A stretch of 64,000 bases of DNA, taken from the NCBI GenBank assembly GCA_951406725.2, contig OX597827.1, forward strand, positions 75,082,001 through 75,146,000, written 5' to 3'. The notes below the pieces were generated by a model. That model ran no database searches. It was not told the origin of the DNA and was given only the letters and a program-made list of their open reading frames with translations. This DNA comes from Octopus vulgaris. Taxonomy: Eukaryota. The position numbers were made by a program, and so were the translations under genes. Within the stretch, counting starts at the first letter, position 1. Each line of letters starts with the position of its first letter. Below are positions 40,497-53,835 of this stretch, piece after piece.

Positions 40497-43034
40497 GCAC
40501 AACTACTACCTCAAGGACATGTATTACATCAAAAATTCTGCATTGGGGATGCAAATCCTCTCATTCGCGTACAACATAATGCGGCAACAGCATAAAAATG
40601 AAGCGTCCATCTCGTCCTTCTCTCAATGTAGAATGAGGAAGTTTGGATGTTGAGGTAATATAAATAAATGAATAAATAAATATATACATATATAGATACG
40701 GACAGACGTGAAGGAACCTGGTAATAAGAGCAAATAGAGATAAAGATGGAGGGGCGAGAATTCAGGACGAAGGATAAAAAATATATAAAAAGTGCAAGTA
40801 TATAAAAATATAGAGTATAAAGAAATAAAGAGATATAAAAAATATTTAAAAAATATAAATGAATATAAAGGTATAAAGTTATAAAAAAAATAAGATAAAA
40901 AAATAAAAAATAAAAAATAAAATGGTCACCTTTAGCACACAACTATAACTTTACATTTTCAACCACCTTTTATCTTTACCTTCATCTCATGTTAAGCTTT
41001 ACCCGATTACATTTTTATTTTATTTTATCCTATTTTATTTTACTTTACTTTTATTCTTATTTTTATTTTCATTCTTTGTTTTAATTTTTATATTTTATTT
41101 CTTATTTTTATTTCTAATTCTTATTCTTACCCTTATTCTTACTCCTATTTTTATATCTCTATATATGTCTATTTTTAGCCTTCCCTTATTTACTTATCTA
41201 TGTATCCGCTTTATGATTATACGTGTGTCTGTGTATGTATGTATATGTATATATGTGTATGCATATGTATGAGTAAATATCTGTGTTTATATGTGTATCC
41301 CCCGTTATACATTTTTAATAATTTTTTTACATGCTTTTGTAGATTTCTTATATACATATTTTTATACATCTTTTAATATCTTATATCTATACCTATATGT
41401 GTGTGTGTTTGTGTATGTGTATGTAAGTGTATATGTACACGCACGTATAGACACACAGATGTGTGCGCATGTGCATGTAGATACGTGTGCGTGGGTCCGT
41501 TTCTTTACATGCGTTTGTAGATTCCTTATATACATTTTTTATACATCTTTTAATATCTTATATCTACACCTATATGTGTGTGTGTCTGTGTATGTGTATG
41601 TAAGTGTATGTGCACACGCACGTATAGACACACAGATGTGTGCGTGTGGATACGTGTGCGTGGGTCCGTGTGTATGTATGTATGCGTGTATGTATGTACA
41701 CATGGGTGTGTATGTATGCACACACATATATGTGCGTGTGCGGGTATGGGTGTGTGTATGTGTGTGTATGTATATGTGTATATGTGTATATGTATATATA
41801 TACATATATACGTATGCATATATGTGTGTATATATATATATATGCGTATGTGCGTGTGTGTGTATATATATATGCATATGTAGATTGTCCGTGTATATAT
41901 ATGCATATTCTGTTAAAATCTTTTGCCTGCAAGTTCCTTACGTTCATGTCTACCTAATGTACCCACTATGACTCCATATTTTACCCGCGTGCAAGAACGG
42001 ATCCTTTTGTTATACCTGTGTCTGTGCATATGCATACCTTTGTGTATAGGCATAGGGATCTACTCCCCCATGTGCGTGGGGGTGGACGCGAGTGCAGGTG
42101 TATACATGTTCCTGCCCACATGCATAGAGATTCACTTCCTCTTGTAAATGCGTGTAAGTGCGAGTGTGCCTATATGAACGCATGTGAGTGTATGGGCGTA
42201 CGTATGCGCGTCGGTTCGTGTACCCAACTACATGCGCCTTTTTCCATATATATCTGTATATGTTTACACGAGAGTACGTATGTATGCTTGTATGCGTGTA
42301 GTTGCGTATGCGTGCATATATGTGCGCGTGTATATGGGTGTATGTATCCATGCAGGTATGTATGTACATGATGACCACTTAATACGTTACGAAGAACTAG
42401 ATAAACGGCTCAACAACTCTAATTTACAATACACTAGGTCCCCAGACGCCCCGGTTGATTTATGACACCCAAGACTTCTACAACCAAAATTTGTCATTTT
42501 CCTGACCACCATGTTTGGTCCGTAACTACTATATATCCCTTATCCTTATATTCTTTTACATTCCTACACTCTTATACCCTTTATACTTCTGATAATTTTT
42601 TTTTTTTTTTTATCTTCTTATTTTTTATTCTTTTATTTTTTTTATAACTTTATACCTTTATATTCATTTATTTTTTTTAATATTTTTTATATCTCTATTT
42701 CTTTATACTCTACATTTTTATATTTTTCTATACTTACACTTTTTATATATTTTTTATCCTTCGTCCTGAATTCTCGCCCCTCCATCTTTATCTCTATTTG
42801 CTCTTATTACCAGGTTCCTTCACGTCTGTCCGTATCTATATATGTATATATTTATTTATTCATTTATTTATATTACCTCAACATCCAAACTTCCTCATTC
42901 TACATTGAGAGAAGGACGAGATGGACGCTTCATTTTTATGCTGTTGCCGCATTATGTTGTACGCGAATGAGAGGATTTGCATCCCCAATGCAGAATTTTT
43001 GATGTAATACATGTCCTTGAGGTAGTAGTTGTGC

Positions 43035-43112
43035 GCGGCTGAAGAAGACCACAGACACACATTATGCATTGTTATAAATCCGTCTAATAAAGGCCCGAAA
43101 CATATGTACCGC
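43035..43112 (+). ncRNA. Type I minimal hammerhead ribozyme candidate (mirror copy)
   Basis: Same motif with one extra stem II mismatch (AGACC). Confidence 0.62.
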
Positions 43113-43214
43113 TGAATCCTTGGCATCATGTTTTTATTTTGATTAATTTACTCCACCACCTACACCACCAAACGGTATATACAGGTGCTTACAATTATCA
43201 AGTACTCACCCTGA

Positions 43215-43253
<39 letters not shown>

Positions 43254-43257
43254 CATT

Positions 43258-43297
<40 letters not shown>

Positions 43298-43346
43298 TAT
43301 ATATATACGTACATACATACATATATACATACATACATATATATAC

Positions 43347-43377
<31 letters not shown>

Positions 43378-44135
43378 TATACATATACATACATATATGT
43401 AATATCAAAATGTGATGGTTGCTTATTTTGAAACTTCTATATCACGACTCTCTTCCTGTACATTTTCCTAAACTCCGACAATATATTTTCAAGTACTCTA
43501 TCTCGATTTTTGAGGTTCATCGATGGCCGCGATCTTCCAGAACATTTCTTGTAAACATTCTGAATAGTTCCATCTGCATCAAAGTTATATCTAATTCATG
43601 TGATTGTAAATCACATGGGTTGATTTGATTAAAACTCCCTCTTAATTTGTCTTCAAACTTCTTGAAGCACTCTCGAATAAATTTCCTTCGTTCAAAAATT
43701 TGTCTGATTCCCTTATTTATTTCAAATTGATTGAATGAAAGCAAAAATGAAATGAGTCGTTAACATTAAAGTGTGTATACATTTAGGAACACCCTCTCTG
43801 TGTGTGTGTGTGTGCATTTTAGGTATTGTTAGACAGTTAAGCGGTCTCTGTTCAATTGAGTATGTCCTTTATAAAATTTTAAAAAACACCACAGAATCAT
43901 CAAATTTTGGTGTTAGCGTCTATCCTTAAATATTATTTGACATAAATAGCTGCTATAGCATGCTCAAATGTTTCTCTCTAGCTTCTTAAAAATTACATTG
44001 TACAAGATATTCCTAAAAGAAGACGGGATTGCTGTGGCTTAAATGTCTTTGATTATAGAAGGTCTACTTGGGGCTCAATAACAACATTAATGACAATACT
44101 ATACATTTCAGTGTAGAGATCATATCAGAACTTAC

Positions 44136-44396
44136 TTTGTGTATTTCTGTTGTAAATCTTCATTTCAGTTAAGTTGTATACTTTATCAAGTTTAACTTGC
44201 CACCAATTGTTTGTTACGTTGTGAGTACTCGTACATGTGTGGTGTTCATATTCAGGGTCGCGAGTCCCATCTACAGCGTAGGAAGCCAACATTGGTGCAA
44301 TCTTTTGAGTACAACTACCTCCATGGCTGAATACGCGGGTTTTGTTGTGTCCGTAAGTAGTGCTTTGTGTTGCTGGTCTACCTAGAGCAATGTTCT
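44136..44396 (-). CDS. Exon of EGF-repeat/F-type lectin gene: N-terminal half of FTP domain
   Basis: tttttcag acceptor, gtaagt donor, 261 nt, phase 1-1; ENIALGRPATQSTTY...ASYAVDG...CTSTH...WWQVKLDKVYNLTEMKIYNR. Missing from the ORF track. Confidence 0.94.
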
Positions 44397-44434
44397 CTGA
44401 AAAAAAATGAAGAATGCAACATAAAATTTAGTGA

Positions 44435-44795
44435 AGTTTGGTGGGTAGTATGGTGAATGGTGCAGTAGATGGTTTGTTGAACGGTTTATTAAATTGTTTG
44501 GCGGAAGATTTGTCAAGTGGTTTTGTGAGTGATCTCATAGGCGGTTTGGTAGATGGTTGTTTGAATGGTTTGGCGGATTAATTTTGTGGGTGGCTTTGAG
44601 AATAGCTTAGTGGATAGATAATGTTTTAGCTGACCTAATAGGTGGTCTTGCAGGAGGCTTGATGAATCATTTGGTGGTAGGTTGGTGCATAGTTTGGTGG
44701 ATGGTTAGGGAAATGGCTTATTGAAAGACTAAATGGTTCAGTAGGTGGTTTAATGGATAGTTGGGGTATAGATAACTGGACGATTTTGTGGTCAG
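44435..44795. repeat. Degenerate ~12 bp GT-rich minisatellite (tttggtggatgg-like)
   Basis: Periodic ggttt/ggtgg motifs beginning ~40 bp upstream of the exon acceptor. Confidence 0.6.
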
Positions 44796-45499
44796 ATTAG
44801 ACTGAAATGGTCATAGACATTTCAAGAATAATCAAATCATTTTTTCATTGTGTCTGAAACCCACGACTACATTATCAGTTTGTCTTTTTCTATGATGGTA
44901 GGCTGTGATTTGAGGGGTATTTGGCTGCTATTTCTACAATTAGGTTTTTTATTTTCATTGTTAATCGAATGTGGTATAGTGTTGAAGTTTAGTCACATAG
45001 TCTTACCACTGCTCAGTATATTTCTGTACACTCAGAGACCTCGGTGTACGTGGGTACAGTGAACTCAATTCGAGCGTGACAATGGTTGCTCTTCTTCACT
45101 TTCTTTTGAGCGATGGTGTATATTGCAGCATAGTATTTGGGCGCTACGTGTACATATGATCATGATCATTACCGTCATCGCCGTTTAACGTCAATTTTCC
45201 TTGCTGGCATGAGTTGGAAAGTTCGACAGGAAACGATAATCGAGAAGTTGGTGCCAATCTCCAGTGTCTATTTTAGTATGGTTTCTGTGGTCCGGTGCCC
45301 TTTTAACGCCAACCACTTTACAGAGTGTACTGGCTACTTTCTTTGTGGCACGGCACTAGTAAGATCACTATGTAATTTGCACGGCAAGAAATCAAATAGA
45401 CGTAACTAATAGTGCTCCTTCAGAGTATGCATCGATTTTCAGTGGAGTCCTCAAGTAATTGTACCAGGACCACTACTTTTTGTGGTAGCGCTCTCAGAT

Positions 45500-46400
45500 A
45501 TGCCCTTAGTCATGCAAATAATACACAAGTAACGCAAGCAGTCAAGGCCCTTGATGACACTTTAAAACTGCAGAAAGACCTGAATACAATATTCAAGTGG
45601 GCAGATGAAAATAACATGCAGTTCAACGCTGCATAATTCTATGTACTCAACTATCGGCTCACAAACAGATTGCAATCAGAACACATGTGCTAGAGTTAAT
45701 TCATTTCCAGAATCAGAGTCGATCCGTGACCTGGAAATCCACATGGATTTTGAAATCATTCAGAACAACGAAAAAAGATAACATGCGACTCCTATGGAAA
45801 GCATTTGTTCACAATCGCCAAGACTACTTCTTCCAGCTGTAGTTGCCACAAAGGGCCAAACTAGCAGCGGAACTAGAGGTGATCCAATGCCACCATACAA
45901 AGATTTATTTGATGCAACAGATGAGCTACTAAAAAAGGCTAAAAGAATTGAGGTTCTTCTTCCTAGAGAAAATACGAAAGATATGGATTGATGTGTGTGT
46001 GTGTGTGATATCCTGGAAGGTCTAGCTCCCAACTTTGGGATTAAAAGTGATGCCAACCGGACTGGACCTACTGCAGTGCACCAAAGATCCCGTCCTCTCT
46101 ATCTAGAGCAAGGATCCAGTACTGTGACAGCTTAGGTTTCAAGGGTGCACAACATTTCAACAATCTGCAAAACAACCTCAGAAATCTGCGAAGTGTGGAT
46201 GTTTTCAAAGAACATTTGGATAAATTTTTATCTGTGATACCAGACAAGACACGTCGCAGCAGGAAAGACAAGGAACAGCTCTGTCGAACTTCACCAGAAA
46301 CTGCTCTGGAGAGAAAGTTGGGAAGTGAGTGTGAAATAAAAACCAATCACACTTAGGGCAGCACCCCAGAATGGCTGCTGAATCTAGCTGAAGTCAATGA
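45500..46400 (+). mobile_element. Degenerate LINE RT/3' fragments (related to 59927-60645)
   Basis: LQKDLNTIFKWADENNMQFN; ILEGLAPNFGI; YCDSLGFKG. Confidence 0.7.
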
Positions 46401-47043
46401 AAGTAATATACAGACAGGCAGACTGACAGACAGACCTAAGTCAGTGGTTAGGTAGGGTGCTAGTATCTTGGGTTCACGACCATTCGACTGTGAGTTCGAT
46501 TCTTTGACTGACCGAACAATGCATTATGACTTTGTGCAAGGCGAATTATTTTATATTGCCTCAATCCAGCCGGTGGAAAATAAACATACGAGTTAGCAAT
46601 GGGACTAGAAATGCACTAACATCCCGTTAAGCACTCTTAGGGCAATTATAACTCCTGCTATGGGTTAGTGCCACCTGTTTCTTTTCCCCAGCCAAATTAT
46701 TTTATATGGTTTTAGGCACAAACTTATCTGACATTTGCACGAAACGATTCTATGGTCAAATTCAACACATTCAACTGCGTTGTGAATTTTTTTAATGCTA
46801 TTAATCATCTTCTTTTTAGTTGTAATGTATTCCGATTGATTAACGCTGTCACAGGACTGACGATATGCCCAGAGCTTACTTTTGAAACATTGTAGCAACA
46901 GCACAGTGCTGTTGCACGAGGTCATTTATCTACTTGATAATTTTATTGGTGTTCTTTTTTCTGAAAGCTAAGAGTGAATCTCTAGGCATTGGTTGAGTGT
47001 TAAAATAGCCATCATTTAAGAGAACATTGTGTGATGGATTACG

Positions 47044-47200
47044 CTGATTGTGACAGATAGCTCCTGATAGAATCGCTCAACTGCTACATCTAGAAGATTT
47101 TTGTGTAGACTGTTGCAGCAGGGAAAAGTAGTTACTGAGCTTCTCTGTAGGGTTACTCTCATGACACGCTCAATATATCTATATATAAAAAAACTGAGAA

Positions 47201-47239
<39 letters not shown>

Positions 47240-48455
47240 ATGAATCCCTAAAACTTGAGAACTACACAACCAATTTCATTCAAATTTTACACATGCCTTA
47301 CTTAGGGTCCATGTAGCGTTATGGGCAAAACATATTTTTAACTTCTTCCCTAGAGCGACCCCACAGCAATATCATATCTTCACTATTTCAGTATTACGTG
47401 TTAAAAGTGAAACAAAAATATCTATTGTAATGTCACAGGCTTTCACCTTAATACTGAAACTAATAAAGTGAAACTATTATATAACAGGGATGAACCATTA
47501 ACAGTGTACATCCATTTTGCTAGAAGATCCGCTATGGTCTTATATGCTACACCACTGGTTTTCAATTCATATTAATCAAATTATTATTCAATTTTTCACC
47601 CTTATTATTTTAAATTTAAATTTACATGTGTGTGTATATATATATATGTATAAAGGGTAAAGACCCCCTTCAGTCATGAATGACCATGGGATTGCACCTA
47701 GAAAGTTACCCTCCTAGACACAAGTCCGGGCACGGTTGTTTATGGAAGACCAGCAGTCGCCCATGCATACCAGCCTCCCCTCTCCACGCCACCAGTGTTA
47801 TCCAAGGGAAAGGCAAAGGTCGATACAGGTTGGCACCAGTGACATCGCAACTCATTTCTACAGCTGAGTGAACTGGAGCAACGTGAAATAAAGTGCCTTG
47901 CTCAAGAACACAACACCCAGCCCGGTCCGGGATTCGAGCTCACAACCTCACGATCGTAAGCTCGACGCTCTAACCACTGAGCCATGCGCCTTCACTATAT
48001 ATATATATATACATATATATATATGGATGTATATATATATATATATATAAATGTAAATATATGGATGTATATATATATATATATATATATGAATAAAAAA
48101 TGGAGTTAACGCAGGTTTAAACAAGTATCTGATTGTGACAGATAGCTCCTGATAGAATCGCTCAACTGCTACATCTAGAAGACTTTTGTGTAGACTGTTG
48201 CAGCAGGGAAAAGTAGTTACTGAGCTTCTCTATAGGGTTACTCTCATGACACGCTCAATATATCTATATATATATAAAACTGAGAATGTGTGTCTGTCTG
48301 TATGAATCCCTAAAACTTGAGAACTACACAACCAATTTAATTCAAATTTTACACATGCCTTACTTAGGGTCCATGTAGCGTTATGGGCAAAACATACTTT
48401 TAACTTCTTCCCTAGAGCGACCCCACAGCAATATCATATCTTCACTATTTCAGTA
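47044..48455. repeat. Local direct duplication (47044-47395 and 48129-48455)
   Basis: ctgattgtgacagatagctcctgatag...cactatttcagtatt occurs twice. Confidence 0.88.
47652..47995 (-). mobile_element. tRNA-derived SINE
   Basis: Minus strand: gaaggcgcatggctcagtggttagagcg...gagctcgaatcccgg head, then a CORE-like body; flanked by (TA)n. Confidence 0.85.
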
Positions 48456-48502
48456 TTTATTTATTTTTCCGTGTTAATTGTTAACAAGGTAAAAATACAC
48501 TC

Positions 48503-48541
<39 letters not shown>

Positions 48542-48729
48542 TGTATATGTATACAGGTATATGTATAGCTGTATATGTATACATGTATGTGTAGATGTAC
48601 GTAAATATATAGATGTACATGTAATATGTACACATATATATATATATATACACATATATACATGCATACATATATACACACATACACACACACACCCACA
48701 CACAAACACACACACACACATGCATAGGT

Positions 48730-48884
48730 GCAGGTGTGGCTGTGTGGTAACAAACTTCGTTCCAAAACACATGGTCCTCAGTTCAGTCCCACTGTGTGGT
48801 AACTTGGCATGTGTCTTCTGCTATATCATCAGACCAACCAAAGCCTTGACAGTGGATTTTGTAGACAGAAACTGAAAGAAACCA

Positions 48885-48885
<1 letters not shown>
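48730..48885 (+). mobile_element. SINE fragment (related copy at 18588-18750)
   Basis: tggctgtgtggtaa...gttcagtcccactg...ggattt(t/g)gtagac-gaaactgaaagaa. Confidence 0.65.
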
Positions 48886-48944
<59 letters not shown>

Positions 48945-48946
<2 letters not shown>

Positions 48947-49246
48947 GTGATCACGTGACCGACCAGACCATCAGATGTTGTTACACATCGCTGGTCAAAA
49001 TGCGTTCGCATTGTTTTAGCCTTCGAATGACGCCACCCCGCTGGCTAAGCGAGCAGGCCAACAGAAGAAAGAATGGGAGAAAGAGTGGTGAAAGAGCACA
49101 GCAGGGATCACCACCCCCTGCCGGAGCCTCGTGGAGCTTTTAGGTGTTTTTGCTCAATAAACACTCACAACGCCCGGTCTGGGAATCGAAACCACGATCC
49201 TGCGACCACGAGTCCGCTGCCCTAACCACTAGGCCATTGCGCCTCC
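48945..49246 (-). mobile_element. tRNA-derived SINE
   Basis: Minus strand: ggaggcgcaatggcctagtggttagggcagcg...ggtttcgattccc head. Confidence 0.85.
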
Positions 49247-49251
49247 ATATA

Positions 49252-51187
49252 TCTTCTCTATATATAAAACTGAAATGCGTTTTTACCGCTTGGATCGCTT
49301 TCAATGCCACTACGACCCGTCCGATTCGCTCCAAAATTTACAGGGACATGTAGAATGAGGTGACGATGCGCGTGGGCTACCTTAGAAATCCCTATCTTAA
49401 AAGGTGTGGTTGCTAGGGGCCATCTTCTTCACTCACACTATTTCCTTCTTTCCCTCTCTTACTCCCCTTCATTTATAACGTTGACAATGTCCACTCCCGT
49501 TATTTAATGTATTCCCCTCAACTCCCTTTCACTTTGCCTTTATAAGGTCCTCAGGCGGCTTTCTTTGATGTATCTGTTTGCATTCATAGGGAGAATTATC
49601 ATCGCCTCAATTTATGTATATGTCTTCCTCACTCACTCACTCTTTTTCCTAATGATAATTATCATCGACACCACCACCACCAACAACAACACACAATACT
49701 CACTCTATTTCATACAAACGGCCTTCTTTTATGTATCTGTCTGTGTGAAAGAGAGAGATAACTGAAATTTTTTACTCGGTTTTTGTAGTGCGTGCGTGTG
49801 TATGCATGTATGTGTATATGTATGTATGCATGTATGTGTGTGTGTATGTATCTATGTATGTGTGTGTGTGTATGTATGTGTATGTGTGTGTATGTATGTG
49901 TCAGTGTGCATGTATGTATGTACCTTTGCCTGTTTATGTAACGGTCTGCTATGTAGAAATGAGGTTGACTCAATGGAAATGCATACATACACACACACAT
50001 ACATACACACACATACATACACACACACGTACACACACACACATACATAGATGCAGACCTATGTTAAAAGTGCTGGCAAGTTTGCATGACAACTATTTTT
50101 TTTCCTCAAATGAAAGGCGTGACCTCTAGGACAAAATTCCTCATCTTATAAAATGTGGCCCCAGTACACCCGTATAAAATCACGTTATATTAACCAAAAT
50201 GTGAAAAGGGGTATAAATGGGGCTGGAAGGGGATTAAAATTTAAAGGAGCGGGTGTTTAGGAATTCTCTGTTACATCAAGCTAAAAAATTTGCGCCAGCC
50301 TTTTAATCGTCAATGTGTTGCCGTCCATGATGAAGAAGTTTTGAATGCTTGCCATGGTGAGTCTACTGTTGTGAAAAAGAATCACTTCAAAACTTGGTGT
50401 TTAGGGATTTTCTTTTACATCAAGTTCAAAATTTTACGCCAGCCGTTAAACTGTCAAAACGTTGCTGTCCGTCGTTAAGAAATGCCAGCCATGGTGACTA
50501 CTATCCTCAGATTCTATCCCTTCAAACTTTGGTTTCCAATATTTTATTATTTTTATTCAGCTCGCAAGTTCGTCTGACCCTTTTAAATGTTAGTGTTTTG
50601 CTGTCTGCCTTGAAGCAGACCTTTCCGTTGTTACTGCCTGATATTTATGATTGATCTTTCTAAATATTTTATTTCTCAACTTACTCAAGATATTTTGTTG
50701 TTTATAAATGGGAGAGAGATAGATAAAGATAGAGAGGGAGAGTCCGAGAGAAAAGAAAAGGGAGAGAGTGGGAAAGTGAGAGAGAAAGGAGAGAGAAACA
50801 AATACGGAGAATCATCATCATCATCATCGTTTAACGTCCGTTTTCCGTGCTAGCACAGGTTGGACAGTTGGACCAGGGTCTGGGAAGCCAGGAGGCTGCA
50901 CCAGGCTCCAGTCTGATCTGGCAGTGTTTCTACAGGTGGATGCCCTTCCTAATGCCAACCACTCTGTGAGCGTAGTGGGTGCATTTTTCGTGCCGCCGGC
51001 ACAGGTGCCAGGGGGCTGGCAATGGCCACGATCGGTTGGTGCTTTTTACGTGTCACTGGCACAGAAGCCAGTCAAGGCGGCGCTGCAATCCGCCACGTTC
51101 GGATGGTACTTTTTACGTGCTGAAAGGAAGCAACAGAAAGTAACAACCACACTCTTACCCGCGCGTAGAGCGGGTCACCTTCAGCTA

Positions 51188-51188
<1 letters not shown>
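49252..51188 (+). mobile_element. Non-autonomous Helitron, copy 2
   Basis: A|TC start; same 3' hairpin and CTAG|T as 25375-27423; long collinear blocks. Confidence 0.82.
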
Positions 51189-51227
<39 letters not shown>

Positions 51228-51229
51228 AT

Positions 51230-51496
51230 ATGTAAGTTTATGTGTGTGTCTTTGTGTTTCTTCCTCATCACTGCTTCACAACTGGTGTTCGTTTATTTAC
51301 ATCCCCATAACTTACTGGTTTCACAAGAATAAACTGATAGATTAAGTACCAGGCTTATCAAAATAAAAAAAAGCACTAGGCAGTGTCTCATATTTTTGTT
51401 TGCCCACTCAGTTGTATCTATCAATTTAGATTTGTGTGTGTATGTATACATATATATACATATAGATAGATAGATAGATAGATAGATGGATGGATG

Positions 51497-51563
<67 letters not shown>

Positions 51564-51805
51564 TTTGTAAACAGGAACTGAAACAAATCATTGGTATATA
51601 TGTAAGTGTATTTGTGTGTCTTTGTCTCTGTGTTTCGCCCTTATCACAGCTTCACAAGTGCTGTTCATTTATTTACATCCCCATAACTTACTGGTTTCAC
51701 AAGAACAAACTAATACAATAAGTACCAGGCTCATCAACATAAAAAAGCACTAGGCTGTGTCTCATATTTTTGTTTGCCCACTCAGTTGTATCTATCAATT
51801 TATCT
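51230..51805. repeat. ~200 bp direct duplication separated by (GATA)n
   Basis: tttatttacatccccataacttactggtttcacaagaa...ctcagttgtatctatcaattta occurs twice. Confidence 0.85.
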
Positions 51806-51829
51806 TTGTTGTATGTGTGTGTGTGTGTG

Positions 51830-51859
<30 letters not shown>

Positions 51860-51869
<10 letters not shown>

Positions 51870-53149
51870 CCTAATGGGAGCCTTAACTCCCAAATTTTAG
51901 TCATTTCTTTTATGATTCAAAACTAGGTCAAAAGTACTGAATGGATCTTTATGAAATTTGGAAATTATATACTATGCATAAGGGCCATAACCCTCATGAC
52001 AATTGATATATTTTTGCTGTTGATGAAATTTTAATCATAGATATTAGACACAAATGAAGTAATATTTATAAAATTTCATCTTCTTACAAGTTACAAAGAC
52101 CCCTCCATGGGGACTTAACACCCACAATTTTGGCATTTTATCTAAGCAAAAACGAATACAGTTGTGCTCTTGGAAGCTATAGGGTTACCCAAGCATAAAA
52201 TATGCACATTATTTGTAATTCAATGTACAACAGTGTAACAGTTTGCTTTGACATACACTTACATTGTGATTTCTGCAATGTGGTGCATAAATTGTCAAGT
52301 AAATGAGAGGCATCTTTGCCTCCACTGATTCAGTTGCAAAGTGTTGAGTAAAGTTATTTGATTACAGACCTCCTTTCAGTTTTTTTATTATCACTCGGTC
52401 ACACAGTCCCCAGATGGTAACATTGATTTCAAGGCCTTCCCAGATGAGTGACTGGTTATTCAAAGACATTTATAGATTGTAAATTTATTCTGTCCAGTTA
52501 CATATCAGTATAGAGATCATTTGCAAACTCCAGAGGTGACACTTTCATTTCTCCTTAGCCCTCACGTCTCATAGTTGTTAATGGTGATTTCAGTTGGGCC
52601 ACGCCCTTCCAATTGCTATAGATTCGTAATGCATCTTACGGCTGTGCCTGTCACCTGGATGGTGAGAAATCCTACATTGGGAGTGGTAACGACTAGGGTA
52701 GGGTAACTGACTGCTTATTGTGATAATTGGTATTTTGTTTCCTGTAGATTGCTCTCTTTTACAAACCCATTTCAAAGAAATTCAAACAATAGATATAGGA
52801 TCCAAGTTAAAAAGATTTTCAACAATTCAACTTCTCTGGTTGACATTAAGATGCCCACCCACAACAGGGGCCTTAACTCTCACATTTTAGAGCTCCATGA
52901 CCTTCATCAGGAGCAAAATCTTTTTAACAGGTTCAATAAGACTGAAATATTGGAATATGCGCATAAAAATCAGTAGTATGGGATACATGTGGCACGATTA
53001 CAATTTTTTAGAGTGTGTAAAGAGGGAAATAACCCTCATCTGCAAGTTTGCTGAAATTCGAAACATAGATATTCCAGTTCATTACAGAAAATATAACAGA
53101 AAATTCTTCAATTGCATGTAACACGGGCAACTCCTGGTATCTCTACTAG
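51860..53149 (+). mobile_element. Possible Helitron-like element
   Basis: Ends with a weak hairpin (cgggcaactcctg) and CTAG|T; the 5' end is hidden in (TA)n. Confidence 0.4.
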
Positions 53150-53691
53150 TATATATATATATATATATCACAATACGAACGCCGGCAGTAAGGAGTTTTG
53201 GAGAAAACAGAATACCTTCTCCTCCAGTAACAGCATTTCTCTTGTTCTTCTGTTCCCATCATATTATAAGAGTGTATGCTTTAAATGTCTCCTGCATAAG
53301 TATCTCATCACATATGATTCGATATTCCTGTCGACAAACATAAAGTTTTGGGTAACATACTTGATAATCGCTGTCAAAGAGTAAGTGGGATAACTCCTAA
53401 ATCAACTTGATCAAAAATTCAATGGAGGGCATGCTGTAAAGAATGTGCTTGTGCTATAAAAGTGGTAGCAACTTGGATATGTTTTGGTCTTATTAGATCG
53501 CGTCTTACTCGTACTTACCAGACATTAGAATTATTAAGAAGAAATATAGATTCTGAGTGGAAAGCAAGTTAAAATAAGATACGAAAATTTTTCAGCTATA
53601 ATTTTCGCATAAAGAACGTATAGTTAAAGGTGGGGTGGGGCTAACTTATTTATCAGTAAGCCGTGAAGCATCCATTCAAAATTGTACTTAC

Positions 53692-53835
53692 CGAAGGAAG
53701 TGTCTTGACAGCCATTACCCATATATCCATCTTCGCATCCAGTTTTACAAGCACCTGTCCACTGGTGACACCAGTCATTATCCTTACAGTGACATAACGA
53801 TGTGCATGTAGCTCCGTATAACGTAGGAGGGCAAC
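53692..53835 (-). CDS. Most 5' visible exon of EGF-repeat/F-type lectin gene: EGF-like module
   Basis: tttttgatag acceptor, gtaagt donor, 144 nt, phase 1-1; CPPTLYGATCTSLCHCKDNDWCHQWTGACKTGCEDGYMGNGCQDTSF splices in frame to ENIALG. Confidence 0.92.

Larger units (their letters stand above)
40381..43150. mobile_element. 2.8 kb foldback element with ~540 bp inverted arms, each bearing a hammerhead motif (Penelope-like inverted pLTRs)
   Basis: 40381-40920 is the reverse complement of ~42600-43150; ORFs 40402-40653(+) and 42878-43129(-) differ by one residue; low-complexity interior with a ~175 bp tandem duplication. Confidence 0.85.

Noticed and set aside
40402-40653. 83 aa ORF present twice in opposite orientation (also 42878-43129)
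   Set aside because: By-product of the inverted repeat; no recognisable domain.
47920-49246. tRNA-like sequences at 47920-47995 and 49170-49246
   Set aside because: They continue into SINE bodies and lack a clean acceptor stem; SINE heads, not tRNA genes.
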